NCBI RefSeq assembly: GCF_000981445.1
Contig: NC_027218.1
Span: 310,001-374,000 of the forward strand
Length of the DNA: 64,000 bases
Direction: 5' to 3'
Source: Babesia bigemina
Lineage: Eukaryota
This document shows, piece by piece, positions 1 through 11,859 of this stretch. Made by a program: the position numbers and the translations under genes. Each line of letters opens with the position of its first letter. The first letter of the stretch is position 1. The notes under the pieces were generated by a model, which worked only from the letters and a program-made list of their open reading frames with translations, was not told where the DNA came from and did not search any database.

Positions 1-3000
1 GCTGTGATGGCCTGGCTCCCAACACCGTCACCCTGCCGCCACCGCCGCCACGCCTACACCGCTGCGGACGGCCTCTGAGGCAGGCGGGTCGCAGGCACTG
101 GCGGTGGCACCAGGCGTCATGAGACGATACCTGTGACCGAGGCTGCCTGGCACCACACTTGCTGAAATAACACTTGCTGGCACTCGACCAGCTGCTACCT
201 GTGGATCCACCGCCGCCGGCACGCCTGGGGAGGGTCTGTGGCGCCGGGTGGAGTCACTGGGCGAGGCATCGCCAGACCGCGGCAGGCGCAGCGCAGCACC
301 TGATGTGACCTGGTGTCGCGGTATGGCTGCTCTATATGTACCATCCACCGACACGCATCCGGGCAGTCCGGGAGCGCCGCTGCCGGCACGCCTGGGGAGC
401 CGCCACGGCCAACTGCAGCTGCGGCTGTACGGCACGCCAGACACCGCCAGTGTCGCGCTGGTGCCACATTGGTGTGGTTACGTGCCTGTGTTGCCTCCCT
501 ACCCCAGCCCACATCCGCCCGTTGTGCCGGGCTCCGGTGCGTGAGGCCTGCGGGCGGGGTGCCCGGACTGGGGGCTTGGCAGTCGAGGCACCGGAGGGAT
601 GGCAGCTAGGGCACGGCAGTGAAGCAGTGCTGGCAGATGACAGATTGGACCAGGTTTGGCGCAGTGCTGCGTGTTGTAAGCCTCGTCTGGCTGCCTCGCT
701 CCACGCCCCCGGCGCCGCGCAGCCGCCGTGTCAGCAGCTACGGGGAGTGGCAGATACCACAACTCATTGCGCTGCCGGCACTTAATAGCTATAAGACGTA
801 GTATGGTGCGCACTTCGACGTGGCTGTGATGGCCTGGCTCGCAACACCCGTCACCTTGCCGCCACCGCCGCCACGCCTACACCGCTGCGGACGGCCTCTG
901 AGGCAGGCGGGTCGCGGGCACTGGCGGTGGCACCAGGCGTCATGAGACGACGATACGTGTGACCGAGGCTGTCTGGCACCACACTTGCTATAATAACACT
1001 TGCTAGCACTCGTCCAGCTGCTACCTGTGGATCCACCGCCGCCGGCACGCCTGGTGAGGGTCTGTGACGCTGGGTGGAGTCACTGGGCGAGGCATCGCCA
1101 GACCGCGGCAGTGTCGCCTTGGTGCCACATTGGTGTGGTTACGTGCCCATCTTGCCTCCTACCCCAGCCCACATCCGCCCGTTGTGCCGGGCTCCGGTGC
1201 GTGACGCCTGCGGGCGGGGTGCCCGGACTGGGGGCGTGGCAGTCGAGGCACCGGAGGTATGGCAGCTTGGGCGCCGCAGTGAAGCACTGCTGGCAGATGA
1301 CAGATTGGACCAGGTTTGGCGCAGTGCTGCGTGTTGTAAGCCTTGTCTGGCTGCCTCGCTCCACGCCCCCGGCGCCGCGCAGCCGCCGTGTCAGCAGCTA
1401 CGGGGAGTGGCAGATACCACAACTCATTGCGCTGCCGGCACTTAATAGCTATAAGACGTAGTATCGTACGCACGTTGACGTGGCTGTGATGGCCTGGCTC
1501 CCAACACCCGTCACCCTGCCGCCACCGCCGCCACGCCTACACCGCTGCGGACGGCCTCTGAGGCAGGCGGGTCGTGGGCACTGGCGGTGGCACCAGGCGT
1601 CATGAGACGACGATACGTGTGACCGAGGCTGTCTGGCACCACACTTGCTGAAATAACACTTGCTGGCACTCGTCCAGCTGCTACCGGTGGATCCACCGCC
1701 GCCGGCACGCCTGGTGAGGGTCTGTGACGCTGGGTGGAGTCACTGGGCGAGGCATCGCCAGACCGCGGCAGGCGCAGCGCAGCACCTGATGTGACCCGGT
1801 GTCACCGTATAGCTGCTCTATATGTCCCATCCACCGACACGCATCCGGGCAGTCCGGGAGCGGCGCTGCCGGCACGCCTGCGGAGCCGCCACGGCCAACT
1901 GCAGCTGCGGCTGTACGGCACGCCAGACACCGCCAGTGTCGCGCTGGTGCCACATTGGTGTGGTTACGTGCCTGTGTTGCCTCCCTATCCTAGCTCACAT
2001 CCGCCCGTTGTGCCGGGCTCCGGTGCGTGAGGTCTGCGGGCGGGGTGCCCGGACTGGGGGCTTGGCAGTCGAGGCACCGGAGGGATGGCAGCTAGGGCAC
2101 GGCAGTGAAGCAGTGCTGGCAGATGACAGATTGGACCAGGTTTGGCGCAGTGCTGCGTGTTGTAAGCCTTGTCTGGCTGCCTCGCTCCACGCCCCCGGCG
2201 CCGCGCAGCCGCCGTGTCAGCAGCTACGGGGAGTGGCAGATACCACAACTCATTGCGCTGCCGGCACTTAATAGCTATAAGACGTAGTATCGTACGCACG
2301 TTGACGTGGCTGTGATGGCCTGGCTCCCAACACCGTCACCCTGCCGCCACCGCCGCCACGCCTACACCGCTGCGGACGGCCTCTGAGGCAGGCGGGTCGC
2401 AGGCACTGGCGGTGGCACCAGGCGTCATGAGACGACGATAGCAATGACCGAGGCTGTCTGGCACCACACTTGCTGAAATAAGACTTGCTGGCACTCGTCC
2501 AGCTGCTACCTGTGGATCCACCGCCGCCGGCACGCCTGGTGAGGGTCTGTGACGCCGGGTGGAGTCGCTGGGCGAGATATCGCCAGACCGCGGCAGGCGC
2601 AGCGCAGCACCTGATGTGACCTGGTGTCGCGGTATGGCTGCTCTATATGTCCCATCCACCGACACGCATCCGGGCAGTCCGGGAGCGCCGCCGCCGGCAC
2701 GCCTGCGGAGCCGCCACGGCCAACTGCAGCTGCGGCTGTACGGCACGCCAGACACCGCCAGTGTTGCTTTGGTGCTACATTGGTGTGGTTACGTGCCTGT
2801 GTTGCCTCCCTACCCCAGCCCACATCCGCCCGTTGTGCCGGGCTCCGGTGCGTGAGGCCTGCGGGCGGGGTGCCCGGACTGGGGGCTTGGCAGCCGAGGC
2901 ACCGGAGGGATGGCAGCTAGGGCACGGCAGTGGAGCAGTGCCGGCAGATGACAGATTGGACCAGGTTTGGCGCAGTGCTGCGTGCTGTAGGCCGTGTCTG

Positions 3001-4245
3001 TCTGCCTCGCTCCACGCCCGCCGGCGCCGCGCAGCCGCCGTGTCAGCAGCTACGGGGAGTGGCAGATACCACAACTCATTGCGCTGCCGGCACTTAATAG
3101 CTATAAGACGTAGTATGGTGCGCACTTCGACGTGGCTGTGATGGCCTGGCTCCCAACACCCGTCACCCTGCCGCCACCGCCGCCACGCCTACACCGCTGC
3201 GGACGGCCTCTGAGGCAGGCGGGTCGTGGGCACTGGCGGTGGCACCAGGCGTCATGAGACGACGATACGTGTGACCGAGGCTGTCTGGCACCACACTTGC
3301 TGAAATAACACTTGCTGGCACTCGTCCAGCTGCTACCGGTGGATCCACCGCCGCCGGCACGCCTGGGGAGGGTCTGTGACGCCGGGTGGAGTCGCTGGGC
3401 GAGGCATCGCCAGACCGCGGCAGGCGCAGCGCAGCACCTGATGTGACCCGGTGTCACCGTATAGCTGCTCTATATGTCCCATCCACCGACACGCATCCGG
3501 GCAGTCCGGGAGCGGCGCTGCCGGCACGCCTGCGGAGCCGCCACGGCCAACTGCAGCTGCGGCTGTACGGCACGCCAGACACCGCCAGTGTCGCGTTGGT
3601 GCCACATTGGCGTGATTACGTGCCTGTGTTGCCTCCCTATCCTAGCCCACATCCGCCCGTTGTGCCGGGCTCCGGTGCGTGACGCCTGCGGGCGGGGTGC
3701 CCGGACTGGGGGCTTGGCAGTCGAGGCACCAGACGGATGGCAGCTAGGGCACGGCAGTGAAGCAGTGTTAGTGGATGACAGATTAGACCAGGTTTGGCGC
3801 AGTGCTGCGTGTGGTAGGCCTTGTCTGTCTGCCTCGCTCAACGCCCGCCGGCGCCGCGCAGCCGCCGTGTCAGCGGATACGGGGTCTAGCAGATACCACA
3901 ACTCATTGCGCTGCCGGCACTTAATAGCTATAAGACGTAGTATGGTACGCACTTCTATGTGGCTGTGATGGCCTGGCTCCCAACACCGTCACCCTGCCGC
4001 CACCGCCGCCACGCCTACACCGCTGCGGACGGCCTCTGAGGCAGGCGGGTCGTGGGCACTGGCGGTGGCACCAGGCGTCATGAGACGACGATACGTGTGA
4101 CCGAGGCTGCCTGGCACCACACTTGCTAAAATAACACTTGCTGGCACTCGACCAGCTGCTACTGGTGGATCCACCGCCGCCGGCACGCCTGGTTAGGGTC
4201 TGTGGCGCCGGGTGGAGTCGCTGGGCGAGACATCGCCAGACCGCG
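1..4245. repeat. GC-rich tandem repeat array, ~826-bp unit (probably subtelomeric); begins before the window
   Basis: The phase marker GCTGTGATGGCCTGGCTC recurs at 1, 823, 1483, 2309, 3135 and 3962, giving units of 822, 660, 826, 826 and 827 bp plus a partial unit. The last copy stops at ...CGCCAGACCGCG (4245). The ORF-track peptides recur with the same period, but frames differ between units. Confidence 0.97.
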
Positions 4246-5390
4246 TGAGCGAATCTTGATGGTAGTAATTATGTGGAGATATGCGGATCATCACACATGG
4301 TTGTGTGACGTTTATTCACTCGTGGGCATCTCCGGTTCAGGGCATAACGCAAAGGCATGTCAACTGCCGCGCCAATCCCGGCCTCTTTTCGCTAAAGCTT
4401 CGAAGGTGCAACTGTTACCCACTCACTGGTTCGCTGTATCAATGACGGAGTACCATATGGGTGCCGATCACACTCATCTCGAAACGGTCTGCCACATCTC
4501 TGGTATTCATCTCACCTGCCAGGCGCATTGGCTCTTCTACCCGGCGAATGGTTACATCGGTATTTTTACGACATTTGGCACAACTGCACGCGAAGTTACT
4601 TCCACGTGTCAAATATCATGCAAAAGCGTTACGATAACACGGAACTGCTTAACCTGAGGCAGCTCTTCACATCCCAACTCTAATGGGATCCAACCCATGG
4701 TTGAGCTAATGGTTGCATAAAGCGCTTCTTCATGTTGCATTGACCCCGTTTACAACGCCTGCAGATGCCACATGGCGAACGTCCTACTGAGGCATCCTGT
4801 CGCACTTCCTCACCCAGCCCATCAGGTTGCAGGCCGTGGATGAGCCCGGTGACGCCTGTTGAGGCGCTTCGCCGTTGTGAGTATGCTTAGACGTGCCCGT
4901 GCAGAGCATATAGTGGATTGCGTGGCGAATACACAGGGCGTGGAAGGAATGTATCCCGCTCGCTTTTTTATTGATTGTCCCGCGGCGGCCGCTGTCGGCG
5001 TGGCGGCCCATCCACTTTGGTGGAGTACCTGCATTCCACTGGCAGATTTAATTTGGTGCTCTTAGTCGCGTGTCAGGCGCATCGCCAAGGTTTCTAAATG
5101 TGAGCAGCGGTATTGGGTGATGTGGCATACCTCCCTCGATCCGGCAGGTGCGATGAGCAACAGGGGATGCTGTCGTGTGGCTCCAACTCAGGTTATTAAA
5201 CGGCCCCATTGACAACCGTGTTAGTTGCAGACACATATGATAACAGTACGATGCGTTGTTGACTTGGCTACCGCAATTATTACCACCAGCCCAAGGTACA
5301 CTTGCACTGGTACCAAAAGGCAGGTCCTCATCAACAAGCGAAACCAATTTATTCGCATCATTCACCGAAGTGTCATCGTATATGAGCTAA

Positions 5391-6030
5391 TCAATACTGT
5401 GAGTCGTAGTTCTCGATTTAGATGGTGGAGAGGACTGTGCCCTTTATGGTGGCACAGTGGCACTCCAACGGCGGTGTCTGGCGCAGGGTCTCTCCGGGTC
5501 CTAAACGGTCGGCGTTGACGTTCAGTGTGACAAAGTGATTAGTGCGCAAAGCTACCAACGAATAGCTGAGACCGGCTAGGTGCTTCACTTTGCCGTTCAC
5601 GGAGACCTGGTCGAAGCAGTTGGGCGGGTCCAGCACGTAAGGAGCCGGGCACTAGAAGGCCGCATTGCCCGCAGCATGGAGGCCTATCTTGCAACCAATT
5701 CCTCTGCCGTAGGCGTCGTAGACACTGGTCGTCTCAGGCTTGAAAAGCTCAGTGGATGCGTATGTGACACCGCAGCCTTGTAGGCAGGGGTCCGTGGTCT
5801 CGACGTGAACTTCCACGACGTGCCCAGTGTATTGCTTAGTAGTTGTTACGGTATGATGATTCGTTGAGGTAATCTACGGTATGAGAGATCCGCTAGTCGA
5901 CACGTTGCCAATTGATACGTTGTCTAATGTGTGAGATGGTGGACAGGGACAGAAGTCATCGCGAGACCATGAGTGCTGCTCTCACCCAAGCTGGGTGGTA
6001 GCACAAATGACAAAAACGGCATTCAGAAAC
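5391..6030 (-). pseudogene. 6-Cys (s48/45-domain) protein pseudogene, C-terminal domain only
   Basis: One minus-strand frame reads HVVEVHVETTDPCLQGCGVTYASTELFKPE...IGCKIGLHAAGNAAF*CPAPYVLDPPNCFDQVSVNG...LRQTPPLECHCATIKGTVLSTI*IENYDSQY*. This matches my recall of Babesia 6-Cys C-termini (ETTDPYMQGCG, AAFYCPAPYVLDPPNCF, STIQIENYY). In-frame stops at 5982-5984, 5874-5876, 5652-5654 and 5418-5420. Confidence 0.8.
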
Positions 6031-6737
6031 AGTACGCCGTGGAATCGGCAGCCTAATCATGCATTGTACGGGGAGGGATGTCATAGTTGACACCCAAAAC
6101 GGTTCGTCCAATCCTTACCCGTTTATAGCGCATTATACAGATACAAAAGTGGAAATTGTAGAGGTCGTGAATAATGCTGCGAATCAGTATGACAGCTTGC
6201 CTGATTTGACACATATAATGTTGATTCTTTACGAAGTACGTGATGTCACGTTACGCCTAATATAGGTGAGGCACCGCGCAGTGGTAATACTACGTGATTA
6301 TATCATTCATTGTATAGCATTTTATAGTAGGATTACTTTGAAAATAACGTTGCATCTATATGTTGCTACCGTCATGGAAATGATGCTTTGAATTCCTTAC
6401 GAATGTTACATACAAACAGTCCGAATGCCACGCCCTCGTTAACTTGGCTAGTAAGTGCGTTAAACTGCCTAATCATTGGCACACACGAAATACCTGATCC
6501 ACAGTGAGTGTCGAATTGTGTTCACCAACCTTCAAATATGCCTTTATTGGCACTCAATGTAACGAAAGCAAGCTTAGTCGGATTTGAGGCGCCAAGATGC
6601 GTGAAGGTGACAACCAACGTGTCTCCTACATAATATGATATCAATGCAACAAGAACACACCTTCACTACATAAAGTAAATCCGAGCAACGTGTTTAAGCA
6701 TTGTAAATTGCTGGCCCAATAATTGCATCTTGTTTCT

Positions 6738-7321
6738 CTAAGCATATGGTTTACATCTAACGGCAAATTGAAAAAGCTTCTTCTTGCATATCATACCTTC
6801 ACGACGACGATTATATAGATTAATCAGGTGTTTTTGTTTGCGATTGTAAGATTCGATGATCCGTTTAGTGTCATCCAGATTAGTGCGCAGGACAGGAGCT
6901 GTAACCTGGAGCTCCGTATTACAATATTCTACGGATTCTAATTCTGCACGGCAACATATTTGCGTTACTCTCGACATTACCTTCTGTAAGTGACTTAATA
7001 CACACCGTCACACGGCGAAATTGCGTATGCAAATTTGTTTCACTGTCTGCAACATTTAATACGCAACTCTTTGAAGAAACCTTTGCAATGTGTCAACAAG
7101 CTTCGATGTCTTTTCCCCAAAGACTCTAGATGTTGTGTGTAATTTGATATGCGTGATGATTTGAATGCAATGTCCCTGACGCAATGTGCATATGCTGATT
7201 CCGCTGTATGCAGGCCAAAGCGCATAACACCCACGGATCCTTTGTCTTGATTTCCTGCAGCATCGCTTAGCGATTTATGGATACGAGACACTGTACCATT
7301 CATTGTATTATTCCCTCCCAT
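6738..7321 (-). CDS. hypothetical protein (two same-strand ORFs, possibly spliced)
   Basis: ORFs 7040-7321 and 6738-6977 have protein-like composition and a TTACAG acceptor near 6985. I could not find a phase-compatible donor. Confidence 0.3.
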
Positions 7322-7528
7322 ACTGTGGGCATATCAATCTAACGGTATTTGCTGTCATATAATCACACACTCATGTTCATACTTAAAAAAAACTAATTAT
7401 TGACACACATAGTTAAATAAAATAACAGATGTATTATGTCTTCATATGTCGTTGGTGTACACCTACAAAGGAATGGTGTTAAGTGTCGATCTTTTTCTGT
7501 ACCATATTCGAAGCATAACCATTAGAGA

Positions 7529-8468
7529 ATGATACAACATAAAAGGCGTTTATATGGAGGTTCTATAGTGTGTGGAATCCCACAAACTTTTCAGGATTTA
7601 AGGTTGGTCACGCAGTAACGCGTTTACGTAAATCTCGCTAGGCTACTTGTTGTTGTGTTAAATGTCACATACTTACTTGAAAGGACGTCTAATATAACGT
7701 AATAATCTATAACATACGAAAAAGCTTCATGCTTTAAACGTTTTCGTCAATCTTCTTTCAGTGACCTTTTGCCCGTTCCGGATCATCAAGAAGTATTCAT
7801 AAACTATAGAAGTGCCGTCGAGAAAGACAAGAATCGAGTTGTTGCACGAACATCTGAATGCGTTCTTTCATTTGAAATACTGGAGTATGAGGAAACGGGA
7901 GATGACGAAATCCGAGCCAGGTAATTTATGACTTTGACGTATCGACATTGAGATGTCAACATACGATATGGGCGTAGATGATCAACAATCAACTTTTTGC
8001 AAGCTATATGACCTCTAGAAATGTTCATATGCCGCAGGCACCTGTTCCACGAGCTGGCATCCTGGAACGAAGCTGACCGTAGCTCTACAATTACAATTGA
8101 AACCGTGAAAACACCTGATTCAATAGGGTGGGGTACATGTCAAAGATTTTAAACTACCACAGAGTCGAAAACTGTAAAGCGATCATACTTGTCGGAACTA
8201 TGGATGTGACAAAGAGCAGCAGAGTTCCTCAAGATGATGTGCGTCATGTTTCGGTTTTCCTTTACGTATTACGTTTACGAGGTTAGACACATGCGTTATT
8301 AAAGGTCATACATTGGGCACAGAGTACCGCTGCGACATTTTGGTATCATACAATTTCCCTTTGGATGACACAGACGATGAGTATGCTACTCAGCTGACAA
8401 TGTTCAAAGATATCACACACAGCATACAAATTATTGATGATAAACTGTTTATTCACAGGCCCGCGTGA
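7529..8468 (+). CDS. MOG1: Ran guanine nucleotide release factor (Mog1/PsbP-like), multi-exon
   Basis: Manual splicing gives MIQHKRRLYGGSIVCGIPQTFQDLS|DLLPVPDHQEVF...SFEILEYEE...RARHLFHELASWNEA...VSVFLYVLRLREYRCDILVSYNFP...IQIIDDKLFIHRPA*. LYGG, DxxPVPDxQEVF and LRLxxYxxDIL are Mog1 motifs. GT-AG introns, e.g. 7603-7761. Not called in the ORF track. Confidence 0.85.
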
Positions 8469-8534
8469 AAACTACTGGCACGAACGTTACTCAATGGCAA
8501 AATAACCACACCTAAAATCTTAACCATTGCATGT

Positions 8535-10470
8535 TCAAGCGTACATAAGTGAGCCACTTCTCTCTTGTTCCTTCACCATCATTTCGTGGTATTGATATAT
8601 GATGGTTACAGCGAGTAAAATTCCGGTGCCACTTCCTAGGGCTCCCAAAAAATCAGCTAGTATGGTTAGAGCTCCGATACACATGCCTCCAAAAGCAGCT
8701 GCTGTGGGAATATACCTCCCGAACACTTTTGTTAATGAAGGTGGGGAATCTCGGTGACCGACCATTCCGATTCTCTGATCCCTTAGTTGCCTGGCGACGT
8801 CTCTTGCCGATGAACCAGAAATTTCGATCCATGTCTTAGAGAATACAGCACAAGATACCAACACGAAAGTTATGTAGACCAAGGTATGAACGGGATCGTT
8901 TATGATTTCCTTGAAGTTTATGGGCGGGGAAATATAGTATGCGATGCCTCCTACAGGAACTGACGAACCATGCTCGGTTTCTTGCCATTGACCTAAAATA
9001 TTGGCAAACAAGTTGTTCTTGAACCTCCTGTAAATTAGTTGGGAGAAAAAGTACAAGTTGGATACGAGCGCAGTTTGCAGGATGATTGGAATGTTTGAGG
9101 TGTAGAATAGTTTTATAGGATATGTGCTCCTCTGCCCACGCATATTTTGATGTTTAATGGGCAAGTCGACCCTGAAACCTTGTAGGTATATAACAATGGT
9201 GAAAATCAGAGCCGTAGCCAAAAGATTCGTAACGTTGGGAGCGTGCGAACGGTAAAACGCATCTTGGAAGGCCGACAACTTGTTTCCCTTCGTGAAAAAA
9301 CAATAAAAGAGAGATATCAAAGCGCCCTCAAATTCTGTCCCCTTGTCGGTGCTAATCGTAGTGGGGCTAAACGCTTTCCATAAAATAGTTTCACATATAT
9401 TAGTTGCAATAAACAATGAAATTCCAGAACCCAGACCGTATCCCTTTTGTAACATCTCGTCAAACAATATAACAACTACTCCAGCCATAAAGAGTTGCAG
9501 TATTATAATAGTGCTCTTGAAAACTCCTATTTCAGACACGGGTCCGTACATCCCACTGACGACGTAGGCAACGGCCTCGCCTAATGTCACCAACAACCCG
9601 AACACTACAAACACATGTGTGCCGCTAAAATCAACAACTACGTATAAAACACAAAAGATAAAACTAACACTTTTCGGCAGCCTGGTAGAGGTCGCGGTCT
9701 TCTTTCAGTGATTGATCCACATCGATAATCTTAGAACCTGCAAGCAATTGCATTACCATGGAAGAGGTCACAATGGGAGAAATGCCTAATTCCATAAGTG
9801 TCCCCCTGTTTGACGCAAGGATAACTCTCATCCAATAGAAAGGGTCTGAAGACTTGTTCGTGACCGCTCCATAGATTGGAATTTGACAGCAAACCAGAAA
9901 TACAAACAAGGACATGCCAGTCCACATTAGCATCTCCTTGAACGGAACCTAAGGAGTAAGTGAGGTGAACTAATACGCAAAGAGCAGACATATGTAGAAT
10001 GCGTTTATACGTCGCATTATAACGGTTAAGCTGATTCAAACGACACAGAGAAACCACACTTGCAAATAGCACATCACGCTTTGTATCCTATTAAAGACGG
10101 AAACAAGAGAAGTTTATTTACACAAATACAATGCTGCATACGACAATTGAGACATTGCATGGACACTATAAAAGAATAAGCAATACACATTACGAAGACA
10201 GCCAAACAGTTCTTTAAAAGTAGACGGGATATGTATGCTGCTAGGCAAAATAAACCATCACACATTACACACCTTCCTCGTTGGCGTCCGTATCTCAGGG
10301 AGTATTGGCATAATAGGCTTGATTAAGTTTAAGAATCGAACTGAACAAAGATTTGAGGTTAGTATGAGTTGATGTGTGTTCGTGAAGACAGCCACCATGG
10401 AATATGGAGTTAAATAAAGCACATCACCATTAATTCAAATTAAAACCATACACTTACATCCTTTCGCCAT
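8535..10470 (-). CDS. SEC61A: protein transport protein Sec61 subunit alpha, 4 exons
   Basis: [21 protein letters not shown]...|[10 protein letters not shown]...[28 protein letters not shown]...[16 protein letters not shown]...[13 protein letters not shown]. The 13-nt first exon 10458-10470 is followed by GTAAGT. Confidence 0.97.
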
Positions 10471-10665
10471 TTTGTAGTACGATGGATTTTAATGATTTTG
10501 ATGTGGGAAAATGTATTGAGTATGTGCGCCGTTCCCCACCTTTCCGGTGACATTTGCGTACGGCTTAAGCAAGTCGCGTCACAAACATACAACTCGTATC
10601 ACACACAATAGGCCATTTTAGTATAACAATTTGCACATGATATAGACAATTTGGAGACATCAAAG

Positions 10666-11625
10666 ATGGTGAGTAGAGTGCCAAACGCTGACACCTGTTA
10701 CATCATGGCGATTACTCTATACAACGAATTTACGCAAAATACAGTGCAAAGTTCCGTGAGTGCCATAAATGGGTTTATTTATTTTGTCCCCTCTCTCGTG
10801 TGTTGCGCGTGATCGTCGATATGTCTTGTGGCTCATGTAATCTAATGAGTCCTTTTAGATGTTTTAAGCGCCTTAATACCTTTCCCTTTAGAAATTGAAG
10901 TATAGATTACACACATTATGTGATTTTCTGTAGTGGATATGCATCATAACATAATGTTTCAGGATGATGTGGAAGCCCAACGTCAGATTAAGCAAATGGT
11001 AAACTTCATTCTGAATGAAGCTAAAGACAAGGCGGAAGAGATAGAATCCACTGCAGTGGAGGATTTCAATGTCCAGAAAATGACACTTTTTCAGCAGAAG
11101 AAGGATGAGATTAGAGCCAAGTTGACAAAAAAAATAAATGGTCTAAAGCTTGAAAAAATAAGGACCTATAATGCCGCATCAAGGGAGATACATGATCGTG
11201 TATTGCGGCATAAATGCTCCATAATCGACAACATAAAGAGTGACGCGTTGCAAAAAATAAAGGAGCAAATAAGTGTAGCCGACGAGTACAAACGTATAAT
11301 CGTGCTCCTTATTATTAAAGGTTTAATGTCTTTGGCCTGCAATGACGTATTGGTCAGGTGTAGAAAAGAGGATGTTACTATCGTCAAAAGCTCTATTGGT
11401 GACGCAAAGTTGCGCTTTGCCACTCTGGTACGCGAGTCCGTGGGTGCTAAGTTAGAGCTCACCGCAGAGGTTGATACTAATACATATTTGTCAAGTGATA
11501 ACATTGGCGTGGTGGTAACTACTAGCGACGGAAAGGTTGAGTGCGATTGTACTCTGAATTCAAGACTTGATATATGTTGTGAAAAACTCATTCCGAAGTT
11601 TAAGACAGCATTATTCAAACGATAA
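10666..11625 (+). CDS. VMA4: V-type H+-ATPase subunit E
   Basis: DDVEAQRQIKQMVNFILNEAKDKAEEI...VRCRKED...GKVECDCTLNSRL. The ATG at 10666-10668 is followed by a GTGAGT donor and joins the TTTCAG acceptor at 10962. The start position is inferred. Confidence 0.92.
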
Positions 11626-11859
11626 ACGACGGGAAAAATGACTAACTATACATACCGATAGTTAACCGAAACGAAGAAGGATATTGGAGTAAAACGTTAA
11701 GGATGGACTTGCGTCACCGTTATTCATGAGTGCTCACTTAATGGATGGTTTACAGGCCACAATCATCGTGCAGACAAAGGTAATAATCACGTGTAGATTC
11801 AATGTCATTTTCATCAACCGTCAGGTGGTGCTTAGTCGAAATATCATCAAATAGCATGT

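Noticed and set aside
552..580. G-quadruplex in each repeat unit
   Set aside because: Only three runs of 3 or more G (the fourth is GG), which is unremarkable at this GC content.
28..4186. Dozens of overlapping ORFs in the tandem array as genes
   Set aside because: Expected in GC-rich DNA. Stops and indels differ between units, and no recognisable domains are present.
1..4245. CRISPR array, rDNA or LTR element
   Set aside because: Units are ~826 bp with no unique spacers, no rRNA signatures, and no RT, integrase or LTR structure.
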